The notes beneath the pieces were generated by a model that saw only the letters and a program-made list of their open reading frames with translations, did no database searches and was not told the DNA's origin. Source: Lobosporangium transversale (taxonomy: Eukaryota). From it: DNA of 64,000 nucleotides. Position numbers and translations under genes: made by a program. Shown piece by piece: positions 46,429-59,251 of this stretch. How positions within the stretch are numbered: the stretch's first letter is position 1; every line of letters starts with the position of its first letter. Location of the stretch: the NCBI RefSeq assembly GCF_002105155.1, contig NW_019028994.1:62001-126000 (forward strand). The letters run 5' to 3'.

Positions 46429-46976
46429 GAGAGAGAGAGAAAGATAGAAAGAAGGACCTAGAAGATAAAAAGTCCACTCCCTTTCCGTTTCAGTTACATG
46501 TACTGAACAAGTAAAACACTACACCGCAAATGAGGCTTCATTCCACTATTGGATAATTTCTTTTTTTGATCATTGACTCTGACAACTTCACTGCGGCAAT
46601 TCAATCGCTTAATAAGCCACCCGCAGTTCTTGGCTTCTAACCTTTATTATTCCTATTCCATAGACCCTGTAAAGATGTAAAAAAAAAAAAAAAAAAAAAA
46701 CTAACCCAATCTAGAAAAATAAATGTTCAAAGTGATTAGATAATGTGGTTTATTTTTATTTTTTTTTTTTTTTTGTCTGTTTAAGTTCATGATAGATCCG
46801 TAATAAATGCTATATCATAAAAGAAAAAAAGATATGAAATGAGATAAAATGATGAGAAAGGGGTATAAGGGAGATACTGGGAATATGAGAATGAAACCAG
46901 TTACTGTACAAAAAAAAAAAAATAATAAGAAATAAAAAATAAAGAGAGAGAGATATCTATAATAATATATCCTTAT

Positions 46977-49900
46977 TTAAGGCGACATGGGCCCTTCGTT
47001 ACGAGGAGCCAAGCGAATGCTGCCAGAGTGCATAGGAGTTCCGCTCGGAGGTGACATTGTTCTGTAGCCTGGACCGGGACTAGGCATTCCACCCGGGGGT
47101 GACAGTGTTCTATAGCCTAGACCAGGGCTAGGCGTTCCAGTTGGGGGCGATAACGCTCTGCAACCTGGACCAGGGCTGGGCATCGGACGCATCATAGGCG
47201 AACCAGCCATAGTGGGAGGATGTCTTGGCACAGGGGCTACCATCATAGGACCACCAGGAGGCGACATTGGATGTTGCTGTTGCTGCCAGCCCTGAGAAGG
47301 AGACATGTGTGGGCGCATATTAGGAGATCCCTGTCCCCAATGTGACGATTGTTGGTGGAAGGATGGTTGACGATGAGGTCCTGGTACAAGAGATGCAGTT
47401 GATCCATTGTTGCTTGGGGTATTGGGGCTCAAAGGTCCAAGAGGGCTTCCCATCATCATAGGTCGAGGTGGGTTACCAGCCAAGGGTGGAGTCATTGCCT
47501 GTCTGCCATTATAGTCAAAGTGATGTTGCTGTGGTCCAAGCTCGGGCGTGACCTCCGTTTTGGATTCACCATTTTCGGTGTAGATACTGGGAGAACTGCT
47601 GAGACCTCGTAAGAAGGGTGATCCATGGATACGCTGTCGCTCTGCGCGCTCAATCCGTTTAGCCTGACGAACACGAGCCTTCTCATAATCATCCCATCGC
47701 TTGAGAGGTACCTTGGATGAGTCAAAGATCCCATCTGCATTACCGTGTGCCTCTCCCTTGGCTTCTCCCTGCACCTTACGGGTCTCACCCCAGGAAAAGT
47801 CATCAAAGTGCCAGTACGCGTACAAAGGAAGGACAAAGTTCCAGACTGGGAGCGCCAGCAAGTACACAAACATCCAGGCGACGTAAATCAGCTTGCGGGT
47901 TGTGAGCAAGATCAGGATAGCGGGCATCGTCAGGACGAACACAAGCAGGATCAGAGGTGCAGCCTGAGCCAAGTTGGTAATCGTAATCAAAGACAGGTTC
48001 ACGATCAAGACTACAGTCAAGAGCATGGCCACGGGCAAGACCACTGTTCCGATCAACTCCATGAAAATCACAAACTGCATTGAGAAGCAGAACGTTCCAC
48101 ACAAATTACGAACCAAAACCAACTCTAACAAGTTGTGAATAGTGGAGTTGATCCACCGCCTCCTCTGAGACAACAGCACGTTAAATTCATCCGGCACAAC
48201 AGTCTTGCAGATAGCCTGAGGCATAAACATCATCTTACGATTGGGGAAGTTACGAAGCATCAATGTTGTCAAGAAACGATCCTCTCCCAGTAACAGCAAG
48301 TTCTTTTGATGAAGGGTGTCGACAATGTTTTGGGAGTATTCCTGAACAATTTCGGGCTTTGTAATGATCGGTACCCAATCCTCTCCCTTGCGTGCCTTGA
48401 GACGGTACATACAGAAACATCCAGGCAAACAGGTCACACCTCCAAAGACTGACTCGAATCCCTTTCCAAGATGATGTGAGATGTAGTACTCAAACACTTG
48501 AATTGCCGTGACCCAGGACTGACGTTTGTTGGCGATCTTGGTTTCCCCACAGAGTCCCATAATCAACGGATCGTTATTCATACAGTTCATCAATAACTTC
48601 AATGAGCTTGGGTATACTTTTGTGTCTGCGTCCACCATCAAAACAATCTCAAACTTGTCCGGGGTGACCTGCATCAGATGTTGGATCTTGCGGAAAAGTT
48701 CATAGTCCAGGGGAGTCATCCGATCGTTATAGGTAACACGCGAGAAAAAGTTCATCAGAATCAGCTGAGAATCACGTTTGCCACGGTTTCCGGCCTTGGG
48801 TTTATCATGCTCTGCTTCGTTTCCGCATTTGACAACAAGGACTGTTGGGACACGATGGTTTTTCCAGCGGAAGTAGCCAGCATAAACCTTGGCGCGGTTG
48901 TGCTGTTTTGATCCAGCAGCGACAGCAATGTAGGATTGAGGGGTTGGGTCCGAGTCGAAGGCGGGGTCGAGTTCCATGAGGCTAGAACAAATCTCTGGGG
49001 TGGAACGGTCATTGCCGGATCCTGTGATGATTCCATCGCAGATAATGAAGAGCAGCTTTTTGTTGTCCGGATACTCTGTGCCCGCAAGGGACTCGATCGT
49101 AGTGCGGAGTGAAGCCTCTCCTTCAGAGTAACAAGTGACAAGCATGACTGTGTGCAGATCCTCAAAGGTAGCCTCACCGCCTACTGGGGTTGTTGTGCGC
49201 GACAAGCCTTTTCCGGGTGCTGAGGCGACGATCGTTGTTCCTGAGGAGGCTGCGGAAGAGCTACTGTGGATCTTTGCCTTGGAAGGTGGTCTGGCGAGTT
49301 TAGCGGACAAGAACCAGTCAAAGATGATGGCCATTGCAAAGCGAGACATGACAATGCCGAGCACGACTGTTAACGACACAAACATGAACAGGTCCGAGGC
49401 AAAGCATCCAGGTGTGGCCTTGTCAATGAAGCCAGCGCCGAATTTCTCGACCAGGCACGAGGCTGAATTCTTGAGGGATTCGCGTTTGAAGAATGTCTTT
49501 GTAGCATCCCGTCCTCCCTCGGGCATGGGTAGATCTCTGACATAACGCAAAACTGTATCGAGCTCATCGTTGGGGATGGGTGATTTATAAAATGCAAAGT
49601 ACTTGTCGAGGTTGAGCACATTGCCGTCAATGACCATATAATTCGCTAGCTCACTTCTCTCCATCTGGTTCCAGTCATATCCAGCTTTTTTTTTGGGAAC
49701 CTGACGAAGTTTATATTTTGAATAAAGAGATTCTCGTGTGGCTGTGATTTCACCGGGACAGCCTCCTGGAGCCAAACAGTTGTCGAACTTTGCTGCAGCA
49801 GATTCGAGTCCGATGCAGTGAGGAGTATCCTTGGCAAAAAAATTGCTGAGGTCCTGGCCTGGGGTCAAATCATCGAGGAAAAGGTCTTTAGGGTAGGTTG

Positions 49901-51427
49901 CGTCACTGGCCGAGAAATCATAAATATTTCCATTAATTCCATATAGGCCTAAAGTATTCCCCCATTACGAAATGAATTGAATATTAGTCATTTAAATTAA
50001 ACATGATGGTTCTCCTTCAATTGGGAGCGGCGCGAATTAAAGGTGATCAATGGTCATTGGTGTCGGAACAATAAACATGAGAAATAGAAAGAAAGAAAAA
50101 TGCTCAGCTTTCCATGGCACATGGCTCATAATAATGAGAAAATCATGTCAAAGAAAGGCTCACAAAAAAAAAAAAAAACTCGATCTTCTCCCCCCCTTTT
50201 TTTTTTCTTTCTTTTAATTCATTTGTTACAATGAAGGGACAGGAAGTGGTCGTGTGTGTGTGTGTATGTAAATGTGTGTGTGTGAATGTGTATTTGTGGT
50301 TGGGATATTGATGTGTGGTGCAACACAATGTGATACAAAATGAATGTTGTAACACTTTACATGCAACAGAAATACCCAGCTTTGATTGACAAAGCAGACA
50401 ACGACTCTTTTTTTTTTTTCTTTTTTCTTTTTTCTTCTTTTGCAGGGAGAAGTTAGGGCAGGGCAGGGCAGGGCAGCAAAGACAAAAGTGGACAGGGGCC
50501 CTTTTCAAAAAAATCTCTGATTTCGGACTTGTAATCCCAAGGATGATTTTTTAGTTCCTGGGCTGGATCTTTCATTGGAACGATAACTCGATATCCAATT
50601 GATGGTCAGTGTTTTTTGGATTAGTTGCAAAGTTGATTATTCTGGACCGAGCAATATAGTCCAAGAATCTGAACAATGACTGTCTGAATCTTTTTCTTTT
50701 TCCTTTGCTTTTGAGAGGCGCTATAGCAGTAGACTATCTCCTTTACTCCAAAATGAGCAAGCTTAGCATCGTTGTTCCTGAGAAATCGACTCTTTGTCTC
50801 CCCTTCTCCCATTTGTCTATTTCGCCCTGTGTCTTTTTTAACAATCCAATCCTTTCCCTTTCCCTTTCCTTCCCCATCAAGAATTACTGCTTGTCCAAAT
50901 CCAATCATTATGAAATGGATAAAGGGAGGACAGTAAAAGAAGAAAAAGGATAACTAAAGTCCTTAAGACTTTTTTTTTTTTTTTTTTTTTTTTTTACCTT
51001 GGGATTGCACATCTGCATATCGAACAAATGTCTGTGCTCCTTGTCTGTCACTGCTAGGACACAACAGAAAGGAGAATCCGACTGTCAAGAAGGCAACGAT
51101 ACCGCCGATGAACAAGATGATCAGACATAAAGTGACCTTCTCTCGCCAGGCCTGTTGAACCTGTTTGTCGGACATGCCGCACATCTTCAAGAACGGTGGC
51201 AATGCCCAACAGGTCATGATTCGAGAACAGATCACCCAACAGGATGCTGGTTCGTCCTCCTTCCGCTTCTTGAACATCGTCTCTGGGGTCTGGAAACGAT
51301 CGGGACGGGAGAGGGTCTTGCCACGATTCAGAGTGTTTCCCCGGCGGAGGGTGCCACTCCTAACAGGAGGACCTCCGCCAGGGCCATGCACAGATCGTGC
51401 GCCTGTTCCATTGGGAACCCCAGTCAT
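46977..51427 (-). CDS. Chitin synthase, division 2 / class IV (Chs3-like) with cytochrome-b5-like domain
   Basis: Exons 51427-50998 and 49948-46977. Motifs QQAWREKVTLC, VTCYSEG, GNRGKRDSQ, MVDADT, TCLPGCF, LGEDRFL, SQRRRWINST and WHFDDFSWGETR. No myosin motor domain. Confidence 0.95.
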
Positions 51428-53563
51428 ACTCTTACTGTCCTGGGGAGAGCAAAGTGTGGAGTGAAAGGGATGAGACTATATCGCCCTTGGTTGATCAATT
51501 GAGCAAAGAGTTTTTTTTTTTTTGTTTTTGTTTTTTTGGTTGTTGTTGTGGTTGATGTCGTAAGAAGATGGAAGGATTGAGGGAGGATCGAGGAGGAAGG
51601 GAAGAGGAAAAAGGGAGGTAGACAGAACGGGTGTACTTTAGGTTTTTCAAACGATTTTATTTCCCCCCCTGTTGATTTAAAGTGTTTGATGAGTGGCGGG
51701 TTGTACAGTCCAAGGTTATTAGAGACGGATGATGGATCAAAAAAGAATAAAGAAAAAAGAAAAAAGAAAAAAAAAAAAAAAAGTGATGGCAAAAGGGAGT
51801 AGATAAATGTATCTTTGTGTGTATTGTTCTTCTTTGTCAATGAGAATAAAAGTGTCTCCCTTGACTGTTGATGATGTTTGTTTAGATAGAAAGAAGGAAT
51901 CAATGAAGGAGAAAGAGAGAGGATGGAGGAAGGATGAAGAAAGATGATTGTCTGTTACCGAGGAATAGAGAGAGAGAGAGAGAGAGAGAGTGGAGAAGAA
52001 GAAGGGTGAGAAGGATGAAGAAGAAGAAGGGTGAGAAGGATGAAGAGGAACAAGGGTAAAAAGTAGACAAAGGAAGAGAAAAAAAAAAAAAAAAAAAAAT
52101 TAATTAAACTGGGTTTAGCTTGAAGATCAAACGGGACCTGAATTTTATTGTTCCACCCATTAAATTGCAAAGACACCTAACAAAGAAAACACACCAAAAA
52201 GGACAAAGTCATGGCTGTAGCAACTGTTGACAACAAAAAGTGCAATGGATAAAGAAAAACCACCACTGCACTTACTACGTTGACGTGTGATACCTAAAGG
52301 AAGGGGAGGGAGGAGGGGGGGGGGGGGGGAGAGGGGCTAGGCTGTGTAGATTTGTATATAACTTCTGTAACTCTTCTCGATTCAATACTGCTTTATCTTT
52401 GCCTCTGTCTCTGTTATAGCCCTTTCAACTCTCCTTTATTCATTCATTCATGTTTCTTTATTCATCCCATTTCATTCCATTCCATTCACTCATCAATCCC
52501 ATTGCCAACCAAGCAAGTGTGAACCAAATAAAGAAAAAGAGGGTCCCATTGGACTCTAGACTGCAGCTGGGTTACATGTACATGTAAAAAAAACTTTATA
52601 CGCGTACAGTGTATTCACACTTTATCTTGTCCCACGAGCCAGGTCGGATCAAAAGTGAGCAATGGCCAAGCATTGTCTAATATGTTTAATATTAATTATA
52701 TATAATTATATAAATAAATATGTAATGTTAATATTAATATTAATCTGAAAGATGGCAAAGTAACCCATGGCTGTCTTATCTAATTTCAATGTTGGAACAA
52801 AGAGACAGTAGAAACAAGGGTGTGGATGACCCTATTTTTATAAATATGTAAAACATAACATGTAGATATAATATCTTTCAGGACTCTTTTTTTATCTTTC
52901 CTTCTTTCTTTCTATCTTTTCTTATTTCTTAATCAAATTATATAAATACAAATGTGATAATTAAATCTCAAATACCCATGTGGAGAAAGTGGTAAGAGGG
53001 AATAGGGATTGAAGTGAAGGCGAGGGGATCCCAAAGGTTTCTGTCTGATCTAGGATCAAGTTCGAATCAAATGTTCAGGCACACTTTTACCCTCTTTATT
53101 TGACTGGTTTGCGCCCAAGTGATTTTAGTTTTATTTTTAGCTTTTATTTTTTTTTTTTTTTCAGAGGTGCTTCGACCAAATCGACTCTTTGAATAAAGTT
53201 TTGTCAGGGTAACATGTCCTACCTCGACCATTACCATAGACATGCATATTTTTATACAAAAAAAAAAAAAAAAAAGTGATCGTGGCGTACATGCTGCCAA
53301 AACGCATGGACTTCAATGTGTGTGACAGAGAGGTACATGAACACGTTGTGTTTGTCTACCGTACATACACATAAAACGCATTCACCCCTTCGCATAGTCT
53401 GGCTCCTAAAACACGAATAAAGTCTATTGCTGTGCACAAGCCAATGATTTATCTTACACCATTTAGACACAGCATTACTTTGCACGTGTATTAAAAACAA
53501 AACTAGAAAGCAAGCAAAACTATCTTTTGCAACCATTGTCCATTTCATTTTTTGTTTCCCTTC

Positions 53564-54463
53564 TCAGTAACATCCCTCGTCAGAGATAATGAAGGGGAGC
53601 GACTTGATCTTTGGCTCAAACACCGTCAGAGGCTCCACCTTCGTGCTTGGTCGGATATACACGCTCGAACCCATAGATACCGAGGAACGATCCAAGCTTT
53701 GGTCCGCACATGGTGCTGCCTCAACAATCGTGGCCTTGTTTTTAACCGAAGGTTGATAGATCGTTGACGGATTCACCTTGGTCAGAGGTTGGATACGAGT
53801 ATCAGAACCCAAGTTCACGTTCGATTGACTGAGAACCCTATGTTCTGCTGAAGCAGCAATGATCTCGGGTCCTTTATCCTTTACATGTCCCTGATAAACA
53901 GTAGAAGGCAGAATCACATTCTTGGGCTTGGCAGTGACAACTGAACCCATATCCACATTGCTAGCAGGGATACTCTGCTCACAACTCTGAGTTGCAGAGG
54001 GAATACATTCGACCTTGGTTTCCTTCTCCTTCTCCTTCTTCTCTCCCTCTTTCATCTCCTCCTTCATCTCTTCCTTCTTGACAATATTGCGCTTCATTAA
54101 GCCGTGGCTCGAAGGGCTCGCATGGCCCATACGTCCAAAATCATCACCCTTGAACATTCGCATGGCAGGGCCCTCCATAGAAGGCATCTCACCACCTCCC
54201 AGGGATTGAAAGTCCATGCCTTCCGCAAGAGGGACCGGGCAGGCTGACTGGACGATGGGTGCATACGCCTTGACTATGGGTTGATATCGCGTGACCGGGA
54301 TCACTTGAGTTACTGGGACGATGTTTGTAGTCGATCCAACATTCACATTCCCAGAATTAGCCCTTTGGTGGCAAACATTGCCGGGACAATCGCTTGTTCT
54401 CAATGGAATGGCTTGAACCGCATAGACAGCGATGATAGCAACGGCAGAAACGATCTTGAGCAT
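53564..54463 (-). CDS. Secreted protein with four copies of a VxxGSxxxIxPxTxVxPxTxYQPxV repeat
   Basis: Intronless 299 aa. Signal peptide MLKIVSAVAIIAVYAVQA, internal KR site, four aligned repeats and several Cys. Confidence 0.82.
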   Translation of the reverse strand: MLKIVSAVAIIAVYAVQAIPLRTSDCPGNVCHQRANSGNVNVGSTTNIVPVTQVIPVTRYQPIVKAYAPIVQSACPVPLAEGMDFQSLGGGEMPSMEGPAMRMFKGDDFGRMGHASPSSHGLMKRNIVKKEEMKEEMKEGEKKEKEKETKVECIPSATQSCEQSIPASNVDMGSVVTAKPKNVILPSTVYQGHVKDKGPEIIAASAEHRVLSQSNVNLGSDTRIQPLTKVNPSTIYQPSVKNKATIVEAAPCADQSLDRSSVSMGSSVYIRPSTKVEPLTVFEPKIKSLPFIISDEGCY

Positions 54464-56663
54464 GACAAAATCTCTCTTTTTTTTTTTTTTTTTTTTTATT
54501 GTTTGCTAGTTTTCGTTGGTGATAAATGTGTATATATGAACTTGCTGTTTTAAAGAAGGAAGAGATGCAGTAAAGGAAAGTGTCTGACGAATAATGGTGC
54601 CATCGCTCAAACTACATTTATACTTGACATCAGCAGAAGATGTTTTTCTATTTCATTAAAAGAAGCTCACAAGCAAGTGTTTAAAGGATATTAACAAATG
54701 TAGTCGAAGAGTTGATCAGCTTCAACTAGACGAACGGAGATTTAGATCCGGCAATTTTTTTTTTTTTTTTTTTTTTTTCTTTTTCTTTTTCTTTGCTCGA
54801 TATCGCCTTGGCCTGTTTATACGATAAAGAAAAAAAAGGGTCCTTTTTTTCTTTAATGAACAGAACCATTAAGTGCTGATATTTTTTTTTTTTTTTTTTT
54901 TTAAGCCAAAGTAAAAGGAAGATGGAGGTCAAGTTGTCAGGATCACTACTGATGAACATTACCCCACAATGTCACTTGATCTCGTCCTAGGCTACAAATG
55001 AATGCGCGTAACCTGGAATAGAATACTGGAACACTAGAACACTAGAACACGTTTTTTGCAACGCGTCTCTCTTTCTTTTTTTCTTTTTTTTTTAAAAAAA
55101 AAAAAAAAACATCATTGGCGATTTAGCCTTTGTGCTCACTTATGGGTATTAGTTCGCTCCCAAGAAAGCGGCTACGTATTTAATTTTAGCATTGCGATCT
55201 GACAAATAAAAAATATTGAAAACGTTCCAGACTTTCAGCCCGCCAGTAGGCTGTGATGCTTAAAAGTCAAAAGAATACCACATCTCTCATTTGATTCCAA
55301 AAAGAAATCCAAACACTTTCTTTACTTGACGGCATAAAGAGAAATCTGAAAACGTGCGTGAATGGGTTCCACATTTCTTTTTTTTTTTTTTTTTTTTAAA
55401 AATAAATTTGAAATAAAAAAAAAAAAAAAAAAAAAAAGAGTTACACAGCATTGGATTGTAAGAAAAGGTGAGACACGAGATTTCGGGGGCGAGATGTAGA
55501 ATGTCAAGATTCCTTTTCCTTTGTTTCGCACAGAGACACAAGACGCATGGGGTTGCATGCATGGCTTTATTGATATTGAAGCGAAGCATGTGTATTCCGA
55601 ACCAAGTATTCATCTACTCTACACAACAGAATAAAAGCAAAAGTATGCAAGAGCAAAAAAAAAAAAAAAAAGTTCAGGCGGTGGATTTGGATTTGGGTAG
55701 GGGCTCAACTCAACTATTGCTCAGAATAAAAAAAAAATTGATAAAAGGATTTATAGACTTATTCAAAGACTTGACGCGTTTCTTTTGGGTGAATGTGGGA
55801 TGGAGAGAAAGAAATAGAGGAACAAGCGTAGATGATGACAATACAGTAATACAACTACTATACGAAACTGAGAAATGATTGCGCGTGAAGTAAAAAAAGA
55901 ATGGATTTTAGTAAAGTAATAAATGACTTGCACAAAGTCTTTCTTATCGCACGCGCGCGGCATAGACTTTCACACACCACTTGACAGTGAATGTGCTCAT
56001 TTCCGCTCGACATGGTCATTCATCTCTTTTGTAGATTGGCATGTATACACTTCTATATTCCCATAGTTACTATAGCACCGTAGCTCCTTTAGCACAAGTA
56101 AAGCTTGTAGTTGTTTGTTGTTTGCAGTTGTCCAAAATGATAATAGCAATATACAGACAGGCTGACAAGTAGCAAAAGGAAAGAACCATAGTCAAAAAAC
56201 AATAACACGCATTCACACACGATGAATGGCAGTGCAAGAGCCTGTAGTGAGGGCGCGCGCATTCTTGCTTGCCTTTTGCCTAAACGGCAAGGGGACAAGG
56301 GAAATACGAACTAGGAGAAGAGAAGGAGAACCTTTTTTTTTTTGCCATCATCTCGCTCCTTTCAACTCTCTCTCTCTCTTTCTCTCGTCATCGCCATTTT
56401 ATTTTATCGTTCCATCCCATCCCATCCATTCTGCACTCATCTGTGCCAGCTTTTACAGCCACTTTTTTTTTTTTTTTTTACGCCTACTTCTTTTTCTCAC
56501 TTACTCATTCTCACATAAACAGTCTTTCATCAACGACTCACATTCTCTCTCACTCTCACCCTCATTCTCATTCTCACTTACTTTCTCATTCTCTCACAGC
56601 GTACCATTGCTCCTGCATCTCTTGCGTAGGGTTGTGTGAAATATACAGACTTAATTGCAAGTT

Positions 56664-56696
<33 letters not shown>

Positions 56697-56709
56697 TTTC
56701 AGCCGAGAG

Positions 56710-58748
56710 ATGCATCTGTTCAAGAGCAAGAAAAAACCTGAAGATCCTCTGGCTCCACCACAACCAACCTCTCCAGGCCGTGGATCCGATCGAGGTTCAT
56801 CCGTTAACGGTATGAGTATGGCACCTAGACCTGGCGGCCAACAGCAACAACAGGGGCAGCAAGCTCCCGCTCAAGGTCAAGTCCAAGGTCAAGGGCAGGG
56901 TCAGGGTCAGGGTCAGGGTCAGGGTCAGGGTCAGGGCCAGGGCCAGGGCCAGGGTCAGGGAGGATTTACAATGAGCATGAGTAACGGAAGTAACATCAGT
57001 AACATATCCAACGCTAACCTTAGTAATACTGGCTCGGGCAATAGCCCAAGGAACAACAACGCGGATCCAGTCCAACAACAACAGCAACAACAGCAGCAAT
57101 ACTACATGTCCCAACAGCCGCAACAACAGTTCTCTCAGCAATTGCATGCACCACCCTCTTCGCGGGAGAGCGATAATCTCTCGATCAATAACGGCATCCA
57201 GGGTGGACAACAAATACATCAACAACCATACCAGCAGCAACAGCATGGTTCTTATGGAAATGAGTCCATACTCAATTCGCAGACTGTTCAATATCCTTAT
57301 CAACAACAGCAGAATGATATGCAGAGCCAAGGATATACTGTACCTAATATGGACAATGCCGGAAATGGAGGATATGGCATGGATGGTGATCAACAACATC
57401 AATATCAACAGCAGCAGCAGCAACATATGGACATGAGTGGTGGAAATGGTCAGGATGGGTACTATGGCATGAATAACAACAACAATGGAAATCCCAATCC
57501 TGGTGGTTACGACGTGAATGCATTGACAAGTGCGACATTGAACCTATCAGGCCTTGGTGGCAACGGTGGCAACTATCAGAATGGCATGGACAATAACAAC
57601 ATCAATAATAACAATATGAACATGAACAACAATGGTCTTGCCAACGGTAATCCTATGAACAATGGTGGTAATAGCAACAATGATAGTAACAACAACTCTG
57701 GGGAGCTGGTTCTCTCAGCAGATGTACGCAAGCTTCAAGATGAAGTCTTGAGTTGGAAAAAGTCTCAAGAATCGTCTCAGGCCAAAGTGAACCAGTTACG
57801 AACGACGTTGACACAAAAGTCTCAGGAGAACCGGGAGCTCCATCAATCGCTGACACAAGTGACGCAGGATCGACTGAGACTTCAAGAGTTAGTACATAAG
57901 CGTGAGAAGGAGATGGATGAGCTTCGATCAAAGTATTTGAATGATGTCCGCCAGATCCGTGCTACAGATGACGACCATTCCACGATTGAGAACCGAGTCC
58001 GTGTGCTCCAGGCTGCCATCCTCCAATTAACTAAATCGTCTGCAGGTGACCGAGCTGCAAACTTGAATGTGGAGGAGGTACAGTTGCTTGTCAAGAAAAA
58101 GTACAAGTTTGGAAACACTCAACCTTATATCCTCAATATGTTCTTGGAAAAATACATCATGGATACTCTATTGGAGGAGGTTTTTAATGGACCACCTTTT
58201 TATGTCGGATTTGAACTATGCAAGGAGTATGGTGCGATCCATAAGTGGATGGTGGAAAACAATTTCCATGACCAGGCAGTTCGCTTCCGACAACAGTTAT
58301 GTTTCCTATCAGCCAGGGCACCGGTTGCTCAAGCATATGCAACTCAAGAGGCACAACGGATTGCTAAAGGGTTTGAAATTAAACTAGAGCGCCTGTACCA
58401 TAACTGGTCTGGACATCAAAAGGTATGATGAAGAAAGAAGTAGAAGAAAAAAAAAAGCTTAATATCCAAACAGCTTGAGATGATGCTAACAAGTTCATAT
58501 TTTTTTTTTTTTTTTTTTTGTAGGTGCTGGATATGGTGACGAAAGCTATTGAGCTTAGCTTGACGATGCGGAGTCAGAATGCAGAGATTGTAGCACAGGT
58601 GATTTCTAATGAGACAGACTTTGATCCTGAGCGGATGGTACCAGCACACAAGAGCAAGGAAGGTGGCAAGGTCAAGGTGTGCGTGATGCCATGCTTTGTT
58701 GACACGAATGGAGTGATCATTGGCAAGGCTAAAGTGTTTTGCGGATAA
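56710..58748 (+). CDS. Protein with Q/N/G/Y-rich prion-like N-terminus, coiled coil and globular C-terminal domain
   Basis: Exons 56710-58422 and 58524-58748 (phase 0). About 335 aa of low-complexity sequence including (QG)n, then heptad-like VRKLQDEV...ELRSKY, then C-terminal VKVCVMPCFVD..GVIIGKAKVFC. Confidence 0.82.
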
Positions 58749-59095
58749 ATTTTAGAAAGAAAAAAGAAGAGTGAAAGAAAGAAAGAAAGAAAGAAAAACT
58801 TCCGAGCCAAATGTGGGGCAGACAATGCAAATTGCAGGCGTTATTTATACCGTGTGAATAATAAAAAGAAGATTCCGAAAGAAAGAAAGAAAAGATATTG
58901 TCAATGGCTATTTTCTAATATGTCAATGGATATATACACATGCTCCACTGTAGGTTATTCATCTTACATTATACCACATTGTGAACGAAATATGTGTATC
59001 AAAGTAATAGCTGTGGTGCTGTAGGCTACTCTCTGTGGTATGTTTCTGCGGCTGAGATGCCATCAGAAAAGTTTAATTTTCACAGAAAAGGAAAG

Positions 59096-59127
<32 letters not shown>

Positions 59128-59165
59128 GGCTCCTCTTCCTCATTGCTCCTCACTCACTTGTTCAC

Positions 59166-59196
<31 letters not shown>

Positions 59197-59251
59197 CTTC
59201 TTCTTCTTCCCACTTTCTCTCATCTCCATCGCAACTTCATTTTTCTTCTTC

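Noticed and set aside
53020..53070. GTTCGAATC T-loop-like sequence suggesting a tRNA
   Set aside because: No cloverleaf, acceptor stem or A box could be built.
55010..55050. Short ACTAGAAC-type tandem repeats as a CRISPR-like or telomeric array
   Set aside because: Only a few degenerate 8-nt units without spacers; an ordinary minisatellite.
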